Below, piece after piece: positions 1 to 13,665 of a stretch of 64,000 nt of DNA (the stretch's first letter is position 1; every line of letters begins with the position of its first letter). Source of the stretch: Octopus sinensis (lineage: Eukaryota). Location: contig NC_043018.1 of assembly GCF_006345805.1 (NCBI RefSeq), forward strand, positions 12,896,001 to 12,960,000, given 5' to 3'. A program made the position numbers and the translations under genes. The notes under the pieces are model-generated. The model saw only the letters and a list, made by a program, of their open reading frames with translations, was not told the DNA's origin and did not search any database.

Positions 1-20
1 GAATAATTTTATTTATTCAT

Positions 21-167
21 GCATTAGGCACAGTTGGTTGCTTCTCAACACATAGGTCTAGGTCCAGTCCCACTGGGTTGCATCTTGGGCAAGTCTCTTC
101 TACTATAGTCTTAGGCCAACCAAATCCTTCTGAGTGGATCTGGTTGGTGAAAACTGAAAGAAGTCCA

Positions 168-262
<95 letters not shown>

Positions 263-410
263 TTCTATAAATAATGGTAATATTTTTTATAAGCTTAAAG
301 CTTATAAGTGATCACTGCATTGACTGAAGACAATAGTCTAATATTGGGGCATGAAAGCCCTCAATGGAAAAAAAGTGGGTTTTCCACATGTATATGAAAA
401 GTTTTAAGCT

Positions 411-447
<37 letters not shown>

Positions 448-511
448 TAATAATTATTATTATTATTATTTACAGAATTGTCACTCGTCACTACTTCTCA
501 ATTTATTGCAT

Positions 512-544
<33 letters not shown>

Positions 545-792
545 GATGTGCATATATTTGTGTGTGTCTTTGTGCCTGTGATTACCTCCCCACCACTGCT
601 TGACAACCAGTGTTAGTGTGTTTATGTCCTCATAACTTAACAGTTCAGCAAAAAGGAAACCAATAATATAAGTACCAGGTTTAACCCCCCAAAAAAAAAT
701 ACTGGAGTTGATTCATTGGACTAAAAAATTCTTCAAGGCAGTGCCCCAGCATGGCCACAGTCTAACGACTGAAACAAGTGAAAGATAAAAGA
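21..792 (+). mobile_element. tRNA-headed SINE (family A), head and tail separated by microsatellites and extra sequence
   Basis: Head at about 21-168 (ggtccagtcccactg...ttgggcaagtctcttctactatag...actgaaagaagtcc) and tail at about 560-792 (cataacttaacagttcagc...cagcatggccacagtc...actgaaacaagtgaaag) match the full-length copy at 45812-46191. Confidence 0.75.
169..262. repeat. (CA)n microsatellite
   Basis: Near-perfect CA run; source of the spurious HT/CV ORFs 17..259 and 78..311. Confidence 0.97.
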
Positions 793-2990
793 TTTAACTC
801 ATTTCTTATTATTTACAATTCATTTTTATTAAATGATTTTATCAATAAATATCTATTTTGTATACAACAAAATATTAAGCACTAATATTTTGGATTATCA
901 TAGATTATCCTCTCTGCTGGCAATTATGTAACTTTCCATGTTATAAATGATCATATAAGGTTTTTAAGAATATTTAGGCCCTAAACATGTATTATACATG
1001 AACTTTTGTGATAAGCCCCTTTAGAGTATAAGGCAGAAGGACACGTACATGTTAAAGGGCTTGGACATGATGGTCATTGCTGCTTAATATACTCTAACTT
1101 TAGTGAAATTTTGTAACTGTCGCCTGTCCTAGGCTACTGTTGTTTAGCCACAGGCCAGCCTTGATTGAGCAGACCTATGGTCAAAAGCATTCCAGCTTTT
1201 ACTAACCCATTTTTTGTTTTCATGTAGGATTACATTATTGCATGTGTCTTTCCATTTTTTTTTTTTTTTTAAAGGAAAGCATGTAGAATGTGATTTGAAG
1301 ATTTGGCTGTTATTTCTTGCAGATCTTGCCCCCTTGTACAGGCTGCCTCTTTGGCTTGCCTGTCTGCTCTATCTAATCTAACAAGCTATAGCTTTACTAA
1401 CCGTTTTCAGCTGCAGGGTCCCAGTTAATCTACCAAGGTACTTTGTTGTAACAAACACAACAACATGCATTATTGTTGTTCATCTTTCTGTTAGTAACTC
1501 CTCTTTTGAAACTCTTTTGTTTTGTGAACAGCAGCAGCATTTTGGCAGCAAGCAACTGTCTGTTTCTCCACCCCCCCCCTCTCTCTCTCTCTCTCTCTCA
1601 CTCCAGCCCACTTGAATCTTGCTATCACTGCTGCTGGAATTTTAGAGATCACAAACTGACAGCTGAGGAGGTCACTGACTCATGTTTGTTTGGTGTGGAG
1701 CTGTGACTAAAATAACATTGTTCCACCACACTTATTATTATCATCATCATCATTATTACTATTATTATTATTATTATTATGATTATTATGATTATTATAT
1801 TATTATCATTGCGTCTTTGGCTGCTACATCCTCTCAGTCTGCATTTACATCTCTTTCATTCATTCTGAAGTTACAATATTAATTTGTTTACATATTTTAC
1901 ATTGCAGATAACCTATATAGCTTGCCTGTCCTCTTTATCAATGCACTCTGATGTAGCTAGACGAGGGTATAGCAGCTACAGTGAGGCTGATGAGTTCTTC
2001 AAATTATTGAATTTAATATCAAATTTCATAACATTAAATTTAATAAAATTTAATATTGAACATTCCGATTCTGAGAGGACCCTGTTGGGAAATGTTAAGG
2101 TTCACCAAGTGGAGAAAGTGGGGTCAGATCCCAGTAAGTTGAATTTGCAATGCAGGTTCAACTTGCATTTGAGCCCGTAATCCTTACTTGCTCCCAGTGA
2201 ATTCTGTAATGAGTGGGGTATGGTTGGAGAAAAGAGGAGGGAGGAGAGATCCTTTCAAAATTTAAGTGGACTTTGAGGGCACCTGTTTCTTTTCTCTCTT
2301 TTTTTTTTTTGAGGGTGCGAGCCCCTCATCAGATTTTCTGTGGGTCTCTAGGCCTCAGACCCTAGACCCTATTTGCTCATTATGACATGGTCAATAATGT
2401 TGGTTAGAGAGTTGATTTTATCAGGATAATATAGCTGGGATACACTGTGTGAATAGGAAGACGTTAGGGATGCCCTAGAGACTTATATAGCGCTTTGGGA
2501 GGCACGACCATGGTGGGTGTAGGCATAGCTGTGTGGTTGAAAGGTTTGCTTCCCAACCACGTGCAGGATACCTTGGGCAAGTGTCTTCTACTAATGCCCA
2601 GGGTAGATCAAAACCTTATGAGTGAATTGTGTGGACAGAACTTGAAAGGAGTTCCTTGTACATGTGTGTCTTTTTGTCTGGACATTGTGCAATAGATGTA
2701 AATGAGTCCTTGTTTTTAATCTTCTGTGGAACACATCCGGTTGTGGGGGAAATATCATCTTGCTTGGAAACAGGAAAAGGTTGGCAACAGGAGGGGCTTG
2801 TGGCTCTAGAAAATGCACCCAATGGTGGTGGTGGTGGGGTAGCAGTGAGTATCTTTGGAATGGACAGATGAAAGACTTTCAACCGTTTCCATCTGCCAAA
2901 TTTCAATTGTAGAATATTTGCTCAGCTGAAGCCGTAGACCAACCAGCTCTGCCCTAACTGCTTCTGTAAATGCTGGTAACACTGTGAAAT

Positions 2991-3160
2991 TGATTTCAAA
3001 TTTAGGCACAAGGCTGGCAATGTTGGAGTAATGGGTAAGTCAATTACATACACCCCCAGTGCTCAGCTGGTACTTACCTTATTGACCTCAAAAGGATGAA
3101 AGGCAAAATTGACCTTGACAAAATTTGAACTCAGAATGTAAAGACAGATGAAACACTACT
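2991..3160 (-). mobile_element. SINE family B (Meta-domain-like core), partial
   Basis: Reverse complement of the core gtcgactttgcctgtcatcctttcaggtcaatgaaataggtacc seen at 13449-13665. Domain name is from memory. Confidence 0.7.
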
Positions 3161-4541
3161 ATGCATAATTAGTCATGCATAATTAGTCATGCATCATCTT
3201 GTAGCTTTGAGATTTCAATGATGTGATTATTTATTTTTAGAATAATATTGTAGGGTAAGTGTGAGAGGTCAGATCTCGCCAGTTTGAAGATAGATCACGT
3301 AAATTATCTTGGCTAGATTAAGGCTGGTTTAAATGGTAAAGGATTAAATGGGTTTTAACTTCCATGTCTTCTAGATCTGCTCATCCTGTACGGATTACAT
3401 TCTCTTCCTTCGATTCTTTTACTTCTTTTGCTATGTTTTCTTGTTTCTTTTTTTGTTTTTGGTGGTGAAGGAAATCTATATTTACCATTGTGTTTGTGTC
3501 TGTTGGTGTATATGTTGTTCATGTTTGTATTTTCTGGTGTCATCACTATCATCATCATCATCATCATCATCATCATTTTAACATCCACTTTTCCATGCAT
3601 GCATGAGTCAGATGGAGTTTATTGAAGCTGATTTTTCTGCAGCTGGATGCCCTTCCTGCCACCAACCTTCACCTGTTTCTAAGCAAAGTTGTATTTCCCC
3701 ATGACCAGACTTGTTTTTGCAGAATATTGGAAATGAATAACACTGCTTGTATGACAGTGATGCTCATTTACAGCCCATTTACAACGTCCAGACAAGGAGA
3801 CACAAACACACATACTCCCCCCACCACGCCCATACATATATGGCAGGCCCTTTTCAGTTTCCATCAAAGGGATCTATTCACAAGGCTTTGATTGGCCCAT
3901 GGCCATAATAGAAGACATTCTCCCATGGTGCCACATAATGGGACTGATGCTGAAACCATGAGGATGAGAAGGATATTATCTTGTTTCTGTTTATTGATGT
4001 GTTTGCTGTTAGCACGTTTGTACTTTCTGGTATGGACGTTGTTTGTGCCTTGTGTCGTTTATGACTTCTGTTTGTATTTTCTGAAATGATGCCAAAGACT
4101 CTCTATTGAATTGTTTAACGAATGATGAGGGCAAGAAGTAATTTAAATATTCTAATCAAGGGCAAGAATGGAAAGATCTTGTTGACAAATGATGTGTATG
4201 TCATCAGTGGATTTAGCAGTGAATTTTCTGTTCTTTATAGAATCCAAAATTGGGAATCTGAGTTGTTGGGGCTTGGTGGTGCAATATTGCTTAAAGAAGT
4301 TGTACGTGTTCATAAGAACTGGAGGAAAGGAAGATCCGTGTGATAGATTGTGGCAACTGGATGTGTTTAATGTTAGTCTCTGTTTCCTTACTGTTTCTAC
4401 TAACAAAAGTGAAAGAAACTATGAATAGAAGAGGCTGAGATTTGTAGAGGAAGGTCATACTTTCTCTATGAAAAGTAGTGTGAGTAAAATGTTCACACTT
4501 GCAAAAACATCATTGAACAGTGCTAAGGGTTAAATCAACCT

Positions 4542-4612
4542 TTGAGCATAATCTTCATTAATTTCCAGAAGGCATTTGACAATGTGCATTAGGAGTCACT
4601 GTGAACATCTTG
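4542..4612 (+). pseudogene. Short RTE-type reverse transcriptase fragment
   Basis: Translates LSIIFINFQKAFDNVH*ESL*, resembling the LINE RT motif FxDFxKAFDSV. Confidence 0.45.
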
Positions 4613-5051
4613 TGTATCCTTTCCTTAAGATGGTATGATTTGTATGAGATTTGGCTGTTATTGCTAGTAAGGTGGGTGGCTATGTAGCTTCCTTAGTCAT
4701 TTGTATTCATGCTTCTTTGTGTATTAAGCATAACTTTTGTGACTGTTGGCTTTTATTGCAGTCATTATAGATACAGGTACACTTACCGCAGATGTTGTTT
4801 CATTATGTGATTTTTACACCTGGTTGTCCTAATGGGAGAATGCACCAGATTAGTTGTGATTTAATGTAAAATTAATGAAAATATAACCAAAGATTTTTCC
4901 TACAGTGACCATCCAGTGTGATGTTGTGCATAACTGATCTCTTTGTGCAAGAGATTTTTGTGGCAAAGGTTCTGTGTATGATGTGTGTTGCACAAATTTT
5001 GGTATGATGTTTCCATTTTTGCCCACTCACCAAATTATTGGTGTTGTTTGT

Positions 5052-5200
5052 GAAGGTGTATAGCCTAATGGTTAGGGTTTGGGCTCACAATCATCAGATG
5101 ATGGGTTTGACTCCTGGACCAGGCAGTGAGTTGTGTCCTTGAGTAAAGCACATCATTTCAGGTTGCTCCAGTCAGTATAGTCAAAAATGAGTACCAGCCA
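5052..5200 (+). mobile_element. tRNA-headed SINE (family C)
   Basis: tRNA-like head ggtgtatagcctaatggttaggg...gggtttgactcctgg, then tgtccttgagtaaagcac; a related reverse copy lies at about 30790-30967. Confidence 0.6.
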
Positions 5201-6331
5201 ACTGTCTCTCCCTCCAGCGGTCACACCCTCAATGTTTCACTAGATCAAGGACAGGAGGCCCCAGAAGAGTGTCTACATTTGCATTCAACTACATAGGCCC
5301 CGCTAAAACAAAAGTGAAAGTATGGTACAAGCCATGGGGTCACACTTGCAAGGGGCAGCTCAGCTGTTTGTGCTGCTTCCATGTTTCTCACATTTCTCTT
5401 CCCTTTTACTTTGATGCAGCAAGAAAAGGATTTGTTTCCCTTTTTTTTTACGTCTCCTTTTGTAATATGTTTATCTCTGTTCTTTGCTAAATATTGTTCT
5501 GAAGCCAGTAGGATTATTTAGTAACTTTTCTCTACTATAAACAGTTCCTTCTCCCCTGTATGCATGGTAGCTATATTCTAACTTCAGTAGCCTTTGAGAC
5601 ATAGAATTTGGAATGCAGTTTTAGTTTTGGGGGTTTCCTTATCTCAGCTCTTCCGGCCTAACTTTCAATTTTTTATCTCAAGTGTTTTTTTGTCTTATTT
5701 TTTAAATGGAATATCAAGTATATTTCTGACTGTTATCTTAATTTTGGTATTAAGTTCAAGCTTTAAAAGTTTCTTTTCAAATGTTTCCATTTCTCTAAGT
5801 TACATTACATCCTTTTCCTCTGCTCATAAGTATTTGATTGGGGTATTCCTGTTTGATGTCTATCTTCAAGTAATGACTTTTAATATGCCCCACTCGCCTG
5901 CATTTGGCATATTTATTGTCTCATATTCATTTTACTATCTTTGCTGAATATAAATAAGAACAATTTTTTTAGTAAGTGCTCCAGCTGAGTCTCGTGTCTT
6001 GTTAAAAAGCTTGCTTCTCAACCATGGGATTTTGAGTTCTGTCTTCAGCACAGTACTTTGAGCAAATGTCTTCAATTTTAGTCTTGTGCCAACCAAAGAC
6101 TTGTGAGTCAATTTAGTAAATGAAAATTGAAAGAACACTTTGTATTCGTATTAGCCCCTACACGCAATTTTTTTCTCTCCTTGTTTCTTTTCTGTGTATC
6201 TTTCTGTCGAAGAGCGTAGGCTCGAAACGTAAAAGACTTGTTTTATTTCTATTCCTGAGTGCCATACTAATACATTTGTTTGTTCGTACTCCACCTGCCT
6301 TCGTCTTTTGTTTATTTCCGTAAACCTTCCC

Positions 6332-6432
<101 letters not shown>

Positions 6433-6589
6433 AATATATATGTATATAAAAATATGTATGCATACATGTGAGTGTACGTGCACACACACACACACACACA
6501 CACACTCTGCATGTATGTATATTGAAACATTGGGTTCAGCTGATTGATTACCAAAGTTAGGGCTAAGCAGAAAAACAATAAACACAGTG

Positions 6590-6840
6590 AGTCACGCTGG
6601 AAAAACCCTGCTTCTTATGAGGGAAGGTTTTCTTTGTAATATTTCATCGTTATTTTCTGATATAATAATTGCTTTCCATTTTGTCATGTGAGAGTTGATA
6701 CACAGATTTAATACCTGGGTGCCTTTGCTGTCTTTATTATCTAAGAGATTGGTTTGCTGTCGAAGGCATTTTGATAATCAAAATGTGATATGCTGAAGTT
6801 TTCTTCCCTTTTTCTTTAGTATCCGCCTGGTTGCTTCATG
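6590..6840 (-). pseudogene. Degenerate RT fragment of an RLE-type (R4-like) non-LTR retrotransposon
   Basis: Minus strand gives FDYQNAFDS (cf. DYxKAFDSVPH), MTKWK and IRSRVFQRDS (cf. IKRGIFQGDPLSP in the element at 34021-34764), with frameshifts. Confidence 0.5.
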
Positions 6841-6861
6841 TCATTGAAGCTAATGGTGCTA

Positions 6862-7620
6862 CAAGGCTTTTGCTTCTGCCATGGTGACTAAACGCTCTCC
6901 ATTCTCATTCCACTCTCCAACCCCAAATCTTCCCACATATTGCTTCACTTGTCCCTTGCCCACTTCCCATTGAAGTCTCCCATTACTGTGGTGTATGTTG
7001 TGGATTTGATGGTTAGCACTTGTTCCAGCTCACCGTAAAAATCTTCCTCCACATTGTTGGTGGTGTTGTTGGCGGGAGTCAACCTCAATGATCTTCAAGG
7101 TCAACTTTCTGGAGAGTCATACATTTAGCACTCTTATTCTGGATGATACAGGCTGGCAGCAGGCAGTCTTATCAGCCCATTCCTTGTTGACAATGAACCC
7201 AACACTTCTGGATTGCTCGAGGACCTTCTGCATGTCCCAGTCTCACAATGCTTCTATCCTTCCATTTTGCATTTGACTCATTTCTCTGATGCATTTCGCC
7301 GAGTCCCAACTTATTGCACTTGATCCTACTCTTCTCCTCCACCAGATTGTTCAGTCTGGTCCCCTTTGCCAAAGGCCTACTGTTGTGGGTACATACGGCA
7401 ATGTTAGTCCTTTTCTGTGGTGGCTTCCCTGTAACCGAGATTCTTAGCAGACCCTCACCACTTCGATTGCACTCTGCCACTGTGGTGCAGTCCAGTTGGC
7501 ATGCAGAGGATTGAGGCCTATTTCCTAATGTTGTTTTAGTCATTAAGTGACACCACCCTGCTGTCTAAGTGGGCGGGGCATTCACCTCTTTGGTTTAGTT
7601 GGCCTTCAACGTCTGCTCAG
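6862..7620 (-). mobile_element. RTE LINE, inverted 5' segment (AP endonuclease N-terminal two thirds)
   Basis: Minus strand: VCTHNSRPLA...KLGLGE (ORF 7172..7543), then EEDFYGELEQVL...VMGDFN...YVGRFGVGEWNENGERLVTMAEAK, classic RTE APE motifs. Confidence 0.8.
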
Positions 7621-8850
7621 TAGACCTTACAACCACTTTAGTGAAAGTAGTCCATCAAGAAGATGGAGAATAGATGCAAGACCCCAAAATGAAATTGTCT
7701 GCATCCTGACGGACAAATAATGTATATTGCAAGACATCTCAATCAATGCAGGCAGACTTTAGAATATTCACTCTGAGGAATTTATTGGAGTGAGCAAAAG
7801 AGTACTGGTTGCTTCTGTGCATCGTGTTCTTTGACTGTGAAAAAGTCTCCAACAGTGTCAAGATCAATGGAGTGCTACTTTCCCACAAGAAGACAGGTTT
7901 TGCGGTGCTGTACATGAACCTTTTTAGGAAAGCAAATTTAGGATGCTTTACGGATGCTTTATGGCCTTGTTATCATCACCTGGTCAAGAAAGGAATACCA
8001 TCTCTCTGAAGCTCTTCATGGCAAGTCTTGAAATGGTCATCAGAGACACTGACTGGGATGGTCAATGTCAACGGTGAGTTGCTCACCCACCTCCAGTTCA
8101 CAGATGACATTACACTCCTTGCAGAAAGTACCAGGCAGTTACAAACCTTGCTGGAGAAGCTGAGGTTTGGTGGTTGGCCTGAGGATCAACCATACAAAAA
8201 TAAAGCACATATAATTTGAAGATGTGACACTTGGTGGTCAAGTTGTGGTTGGAAGCAATGATGAAATTGAGGAGGTCGAAAGTTATGTGTATCTCAGCCA
8301 AGCTACAACCAGGGATGTGACATGAATAACGAGAGTTTCTGGAGAATACAATCAGGCTGGAGAGCACTCAGGATGTACTGAAAGTGAACCTTGATAAAGC
8401 CATTTGCACAAACTTCTTCAGCCGTACAATTGTATCTGCAATGCGCTACGCAAGTGAGGTATGGGTGACGACAAAGAGAGAGGAACAGCGGTTAATAATG
8501 GCACAAAGAGGTATGAAAATGTTGATGCTGGGAATCTCCTTGAGAGATCACATCTGAAATGAGTAGATCAGGGCAAGAACTGAAGTGAAGGACATTGTTG
8601 CTGAATACCATCTGAACAAATTCAGATGGGCCAGACATGTTGATAATTGGTGGACCATGCAGTTGTTGAGTGGTACCTGTGTGAGCAGAAACGACCCTTG
8701 CGAAGGCCACCGCTCAGAGGGATTGACAATATAAAGTGAATAATGATTTTGCAATGGAAAAGGAGGGCATGGTCAAGAACGGAATAGATGAAATGCTGTG
8801 GCCAGCAGATTCAAAGCAACATCCTACAGTCTGGCCGGTCAAGGTAATTG
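7621..8850 (+). mobile_element. RTE LINE, forward segment (EN C-terminus, internally deleted RT, 3' end)
   Basis: RRW...QNEIVCILTDK (EN C-term), FFDCEKVSNSVK, HLQFTDDITLLAES (YADD region), YVYLSQ, YASEVW, KFRWARHV, GRPP; many stops and frameshifts. Confidence 0.8.
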
Positions 8851-10131
8851 GGACCCCAGTCAGTACTGGCTCACTTATGATAGATCTATTCGGTGTGGAT
8901 GTTTTTCAACTATGTAATTTTTCTCTCTATCTTGGCCAGCCGTCTTCTTTGACCCCTTGAAGCCAACCAAAGCTTTGTGAGTTGGAAACTATGTGTGTGT
9001 TTGTGTGTGTTTGTATCTTATTGTTTTGATATCACATGATAGTTGTAAACGTGTGTCATCGGGCAGATGGTATCATTTGTTTTCAGTCTTCTGTGAAAAC
9101 TTGTCTAGCCATTGGGGAATATTACCCAGCTTGAGGACAGCTGAGGGTTGGCAACAGGAAGAGCATGTGGCCATACAAAATCTCTCCCTCAATGAATTTT
9201 CATCTGCTCCTCCACAAGCATGGAAAAGTGGATGTTGAAGTAATGATAAGACACACACACGCACACACACTCACACCCATCCGTGCACCACACATACACA
9301 CTTAGAGACTGTTATATAACACCATTCATTCAAGCTTCTGTCTCATGTCTACTTGTAACTCTTGTATTCTCCCTCTTCTTCCTTTGTTCTTTCGTATGTT
9401 ATGTTGGAGTAAAAGCTCAATGGCTGCGTGAGACATTTTGGTAGTCGTTACCAAGTCAAGGGTTTCGCCTTCTGTCAGCCATCACCCATCTCACTGAATG
9501 TACACTGCAAGATGTAAGGATCACAGTTTTTGCTGGGGTATTAGACGACCCCTTAATTAATTTATGAAGGACTTTTTAAGGTTAAAAGATTGTGTTATTT
9601 GTCATAAATGTTCAGCAGACTCCCCCCCCCATCTTTATACTTCTTTCTGGTCTTTATTCTGTTTCATTTTTCTTTTTTTCTCTTTCTACTTATGCATTTC
9701 TCTCCACTCTCCCTCTCCACTCTCTCTCTCCCTCTCTCTCTGTCATTTTTCTTTTCACTTCTCTCTCTTAATCTGTTTCTTTCTCTTGAGTTTTCTTTCG
9801 TTCTCTCTCCTCTTTCCTTCCCTACAATTTAAGTTGTGATTTCATTGTCGGGCTATGTTATTTATTTGTGCACCTTTAGGCTTGGATGAGTCCTGGTTCC
9901 TGGTCTAGACTGGAGTTTAATAGACTCATTAGTTGCAGTGTGCATGTGTGTGTGCATGTGTGTGTGTGTCACATGGGAACAAATAGCAATGCAGGTGACA
10001 GGATGACGTTTGTCTCCAGTGAACCATTAAAGAGAATTTAAAGTTTTTTCCAATATCCACAGTCGCTTGTTTCCCTCTCAGTCTTCAGTATTTCACTCCT
10101 ACACACTTTACACTTGCTGCACACCTACGTG

Positions 10132-10166
<35 letters not shown>

Positions 10167-10782
10167 ACAATGTACAGATTCTGACAATCTCTCGACATGC
10201 CAAGGGAACAGTCTGTTACTATAGCAAACTTCAATTCACTGTCTCTACTGCTACAAGTTTAATCATTTCTAAACATGCAGGCATGTCTACAGTATCTCAG
10301 AACTCAGCATATCAAGAACACTATCCCTCACACAAGCTAATAAAGTGGATGCTGCTACATGGTTGCTTCACCTGTTAGAAATAACAGCTAGATATTTTCT
10401 AAATCATAGATTTAGAAGGAGAAAATGCATTAGATAATGTAGCCCTAGACCAGTGATGGTGAACTTGTTTTAGATTTTCATGTTGAAAGATGTATTTATT
10501 TTCAAATTCCTTTTGATGGAGTGTCACTTTGGTGTATTTTAGTTTTACATAAATACTTTTTATTCTTTGACTTGTTTCAGTCATATGACATGCAGTATCT
10601 TATTCCATCAGTATCTTTTGCCAAACTGCTAAGTTACAGGGATGTAAACATACCTGCATCAGTTGTAAAGCGGTGAGGCAGGGGAGGGCCAAACACAGAC
10701 ACGAAGACACAGTTTTTTATAACCTGATGTTGCAGGGAGATTTTCTCTTTCTATTTTCCATTTCTTTTGTCAAAGTTCAACA

Positions 10783-11140
10783 TGTGCAGGTGTGGCTGTG
10801 TAGTAAAAAAGTTTGCTTCCCAACCACACGGTTCTAGGTTCAGTCCCACTGCATGGCTCTTTGGCTAAGTGTCTTCTACTATAGCTACAATCCTTGTGAG
10901 TGGATTTGGTAGATGGACACTAAAAAACATCCAGCATGTGTGTGTGTGTTTGTCCCCTGCAGCCACTTGACAGTTGGTGTTGGTTTGTTTATGTCTCCAT
11001 AACTTAGCAGTCCAGTTAAAGAGACCAATGGAATAAGTACTAGGCTTTAAAATAAAATACTGGTGTCAATTTGTTGAATGAAATCCCTTCAAGGTGGTGC
11101 CCCAGTGACTAAAACAAGTAAAAAGATAAAAAATAAAAGA
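10783..11140 (+). mobile_element. SINE family A, full length
   Basis: A-box-like gtggctgtgtag, B-box-like ggttcagtccc, internal (GT)n, and tail ending aaaagataaa. Confidence 0.85.
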
Positions 11141-11894
11141 TGGGTCTGGTGATACTGTCGGACCCAAAACAGGACTGAATCTGAAAGCAGAGGGTTGTGA
11201 AGTGAACTTCATACTCACACATAAAGTGGATTTATGGCTTATTTCATCAGAGATTCATTTTCCCTCTCTCTCTCTTCATTGCAAGAATTTGGAATGAGGG
11301 AGTTTCTTCATAGTCACACAGCCTCAATAAGATTCATGTCTTTCAATTTCTCTTGAAACTAACCAAGAATAAATACTTTTCATAAAATAAAATACAATAA
11401 AAAAACACCCCACTTTCATGTATTAGCCATAAGCTGGACTTTGGAACATAACTGAGCAAAGAAATTTTCTTCCGTAAAAATTATGATGAAAAGTTTTAAA
11501 TTATGGGTATCTATGGGGTACAAAGGCACCTCCCAGTAGCAGCATCTTTCCTTTCAGCTCTCCCTCTCTATTCTATGGATCAAAATTCAGCATTTAAGCC
11601 AGTTCCTCCTTCCTCCCCGTCCATTCTTCTTCTTAGTATGTTCTGGAACACAAACTTCTTCATGAATCACAAAAGTTGAATATGAATGCTTTAAAACTGA
11701 AGGTGATTTCAAATGGATTCATATCAAAATAATTTAAGAGGTATTTATGTTTTCACTGTGCTACCCTGCTATATCGAGTACAGTTTGTTATCATCTCTGG
11801 CGTCCTTATCATACTGTCAGTTTCTGTTTATCTTGTGTAACATGGAATGTGGAACAAAGTCCCACTTCTGTCTTCATTGACTTTGTGTTGGGTG

Positions 11895-12092
11895 ATTGTT
11901 GTTGGTGATGGTGGTGGTGGTGGTGGTGGTGGTAGCAGTATTGATTGTGATGATGGTGATGGTGTTAGTGATGATTATGGTAGTAATGGTGGTGGTAGTG
12001 TTGATGGTGACAGCGGTTGTAGTTATGATGGTAGTAGTAGTGTGCTGGTGGTGATGGGGAAGATGGTGGTAGTAATGATGATGATGATGATG
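11895..12092. repeat. Compound (GGT)n/(GAT)n/(AGT)n low-complexity tract
   Basis: Direct inspection; produces the poly-G/D/V and poly-H/T ORFs. Confidence 0.9.
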
Positions 12093-12438
12093 TTGGTATT
12101 TGTAAAATGGCAGTGACAACACAAATGTTTTCTTGTTGAAAAAAATTATCTCACAGCAGTTTATCACATTTTTTTGTTTTATTTGAGTGAGATACATGGA
12201 TGTAAAAGCTAAAATCATCATCATCGTCATCCTCATCATCATTTAACATCCATATTCCATGCTGGCATGGGTTGGATGGTTTAAGAAGACCTGACGGAGC
12301 CAAGGGCTGCGTCATGCTTCAGTGTTTGCTTTGGCAGGGTTTCTAAAGATTCCCCTCCTAATGCCACGAATGCCTTTCCTAACACCATTGATGCCCTTTC
12401 TAATGTCAAGAGTGCCCTTCTTAATGTCAATGAATACT

Positions 12439-12643
12439 GGTTTCAGATTTTGGCACTAGGCCTGCAATTCTGGGGAGGGGGTAAGTCGATTACATCAACC
12501 CCAGTGCTCAACTGGTACTTATTTTTATCAACCCTGAAAGGATGAAAGTTGACCTTAGTAGAATTTGAGTGCAGAATGTAGATGGCTGAAATGCCATTAA
12601 GCGTTATGCCTGGCATGCTAATGAATCTTCCAACTCACTGCCA
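12439..12643 (-). mobile_element. SINE family B
   Basis: Reverse complement of 13449-13665. Further minus copies at about 20378-20590, 31968-32181 and 60304-60510; a plus copy at about 16134-16355. Confidence 0.8.
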
Positions 12644-12899
12644 TAACACTAATAAATGTAAAAAGCTAAACAATTACACTGGCACACACACACATTCAAT
12701 GTGTGTCTGCAGAGACACACTTTTCTGGTACATAATGGAAAACCTGCAGTGAATTTGAACTCAAGACTTATGAGTTTGTACTCATCCCACCTATAAAATG
12801 GAGACCACATATTTTAAAATAGTAAGGCAATATAACTCAGGCAGAAGGGTCAATGCATCTTTCGTTTAATCAGCAGACTTTGTTCTCTTATTCCATTCA

Positions 12900-13200
12900 A
12901 GCAGAACTGCCAGGGTCTGGTCAGTGGATGGAAAACCCTGATTCCAAACCTTCACTGTCTTGTGGCCAAACCCAGTCATGAGAAAGGCTTCAAGAGTAAA
13001 CCCTAAGAGGAAAAAAAGGACTCAGAGGTCCCAAGACGGTTCAGCATCATTCACAACCTTTTTCTACTGATGCCAAATTGTAACGGCTGCACTTTTCCTT
13101 TAGATCCATTAGTGACGTGGAGAAGAGGGGGATACACTGCATGGTCTTCCATACCATGCTACCCTTAGATCATATCAAACACACTATATTGGAAATGTAG
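12900..13200 (+). mobile_element. Possible RTE LINE 5' UTR fragment
   Basis: gaaaaccctgattccaaaccttcactg...gagtaaaccctaagagg resembles RTE 5' UTR motifs as I recall them; no adjacent coding sequence confirms it. Confidence 0.4.
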
Positions 13201-13448
13201 AACTGGACAGCACTGGGACAGTCCACAAGCATGGATTATGTGGCAGGAGCTGCCGTTCATGCATTGGACTCTTCAGCCATAGACAATGCTGTTCCAGTGA
13301 GGTAGGACAACTAGGATCTTCATCCATGGCTGTTAATGAGAGAGAGAGACTCCTAATATTTCATATGCAGACCTGATCTCTTCCTCTGTGTAAACAGACG
13401 ACAAATAATCATGTGGCTCAATGGAATGTTTAATATTTCATTGATGTT

Positions 13449-13665
13449 TAGGGTGGTGAGCTGGTAGAATTGTTTGCATGCTGAGCAAAATGCTTAGCGC
13501 GGCATTTCATCCATCTTTATTTTCTGAGTTCAGATTCCGCCAGGGTCGACTTTGCCTGTCATCCTTTCAGGTCAATGAAATAGGTACCAGTTAGGTACTG
13601 AGGTCGATGTAATCAACTTATCCCCTCCCCCAAATCTGCTGGCCTTGTGTTAAAATTTGAAACCA
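13449..13665 (+). mobile_element. SINE family B, near full length
   Basis: tRNA-like head (ggtgagctggtagaat...gagttcagattccgcc), conserved core, 3' end aaaatttgaaaccaa. Confidence 0.8.

Noticed and set aside
4080-4480. Coding-like segment (ORFs 4122, 4152, 4189), possibly a Penelope or LINE RT remnant
   Set aside because: Only a vague resemblance (KPQQLRFPILDSI to KxxxPLRPIVSSI); no diagnostic motif, so left unassigned.
5052-5125. tRNA gene (and other tRNA-like heads in the window)
   Set aside because: Heads are degenerate, do not form a full cloverleaf and continue into SINE bodies.
5560-5990. Purine-rich minus strand resembling a retrotransposon ORF
   Set aside because: No recognisable motif after translation.
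12850-13200. HDV-like ribozyme expected in RTE 5' UTRs
   Set aside because: I could not build the nested double pseudoknot by eye; an RNAMotif or covariance-model search would be needed.
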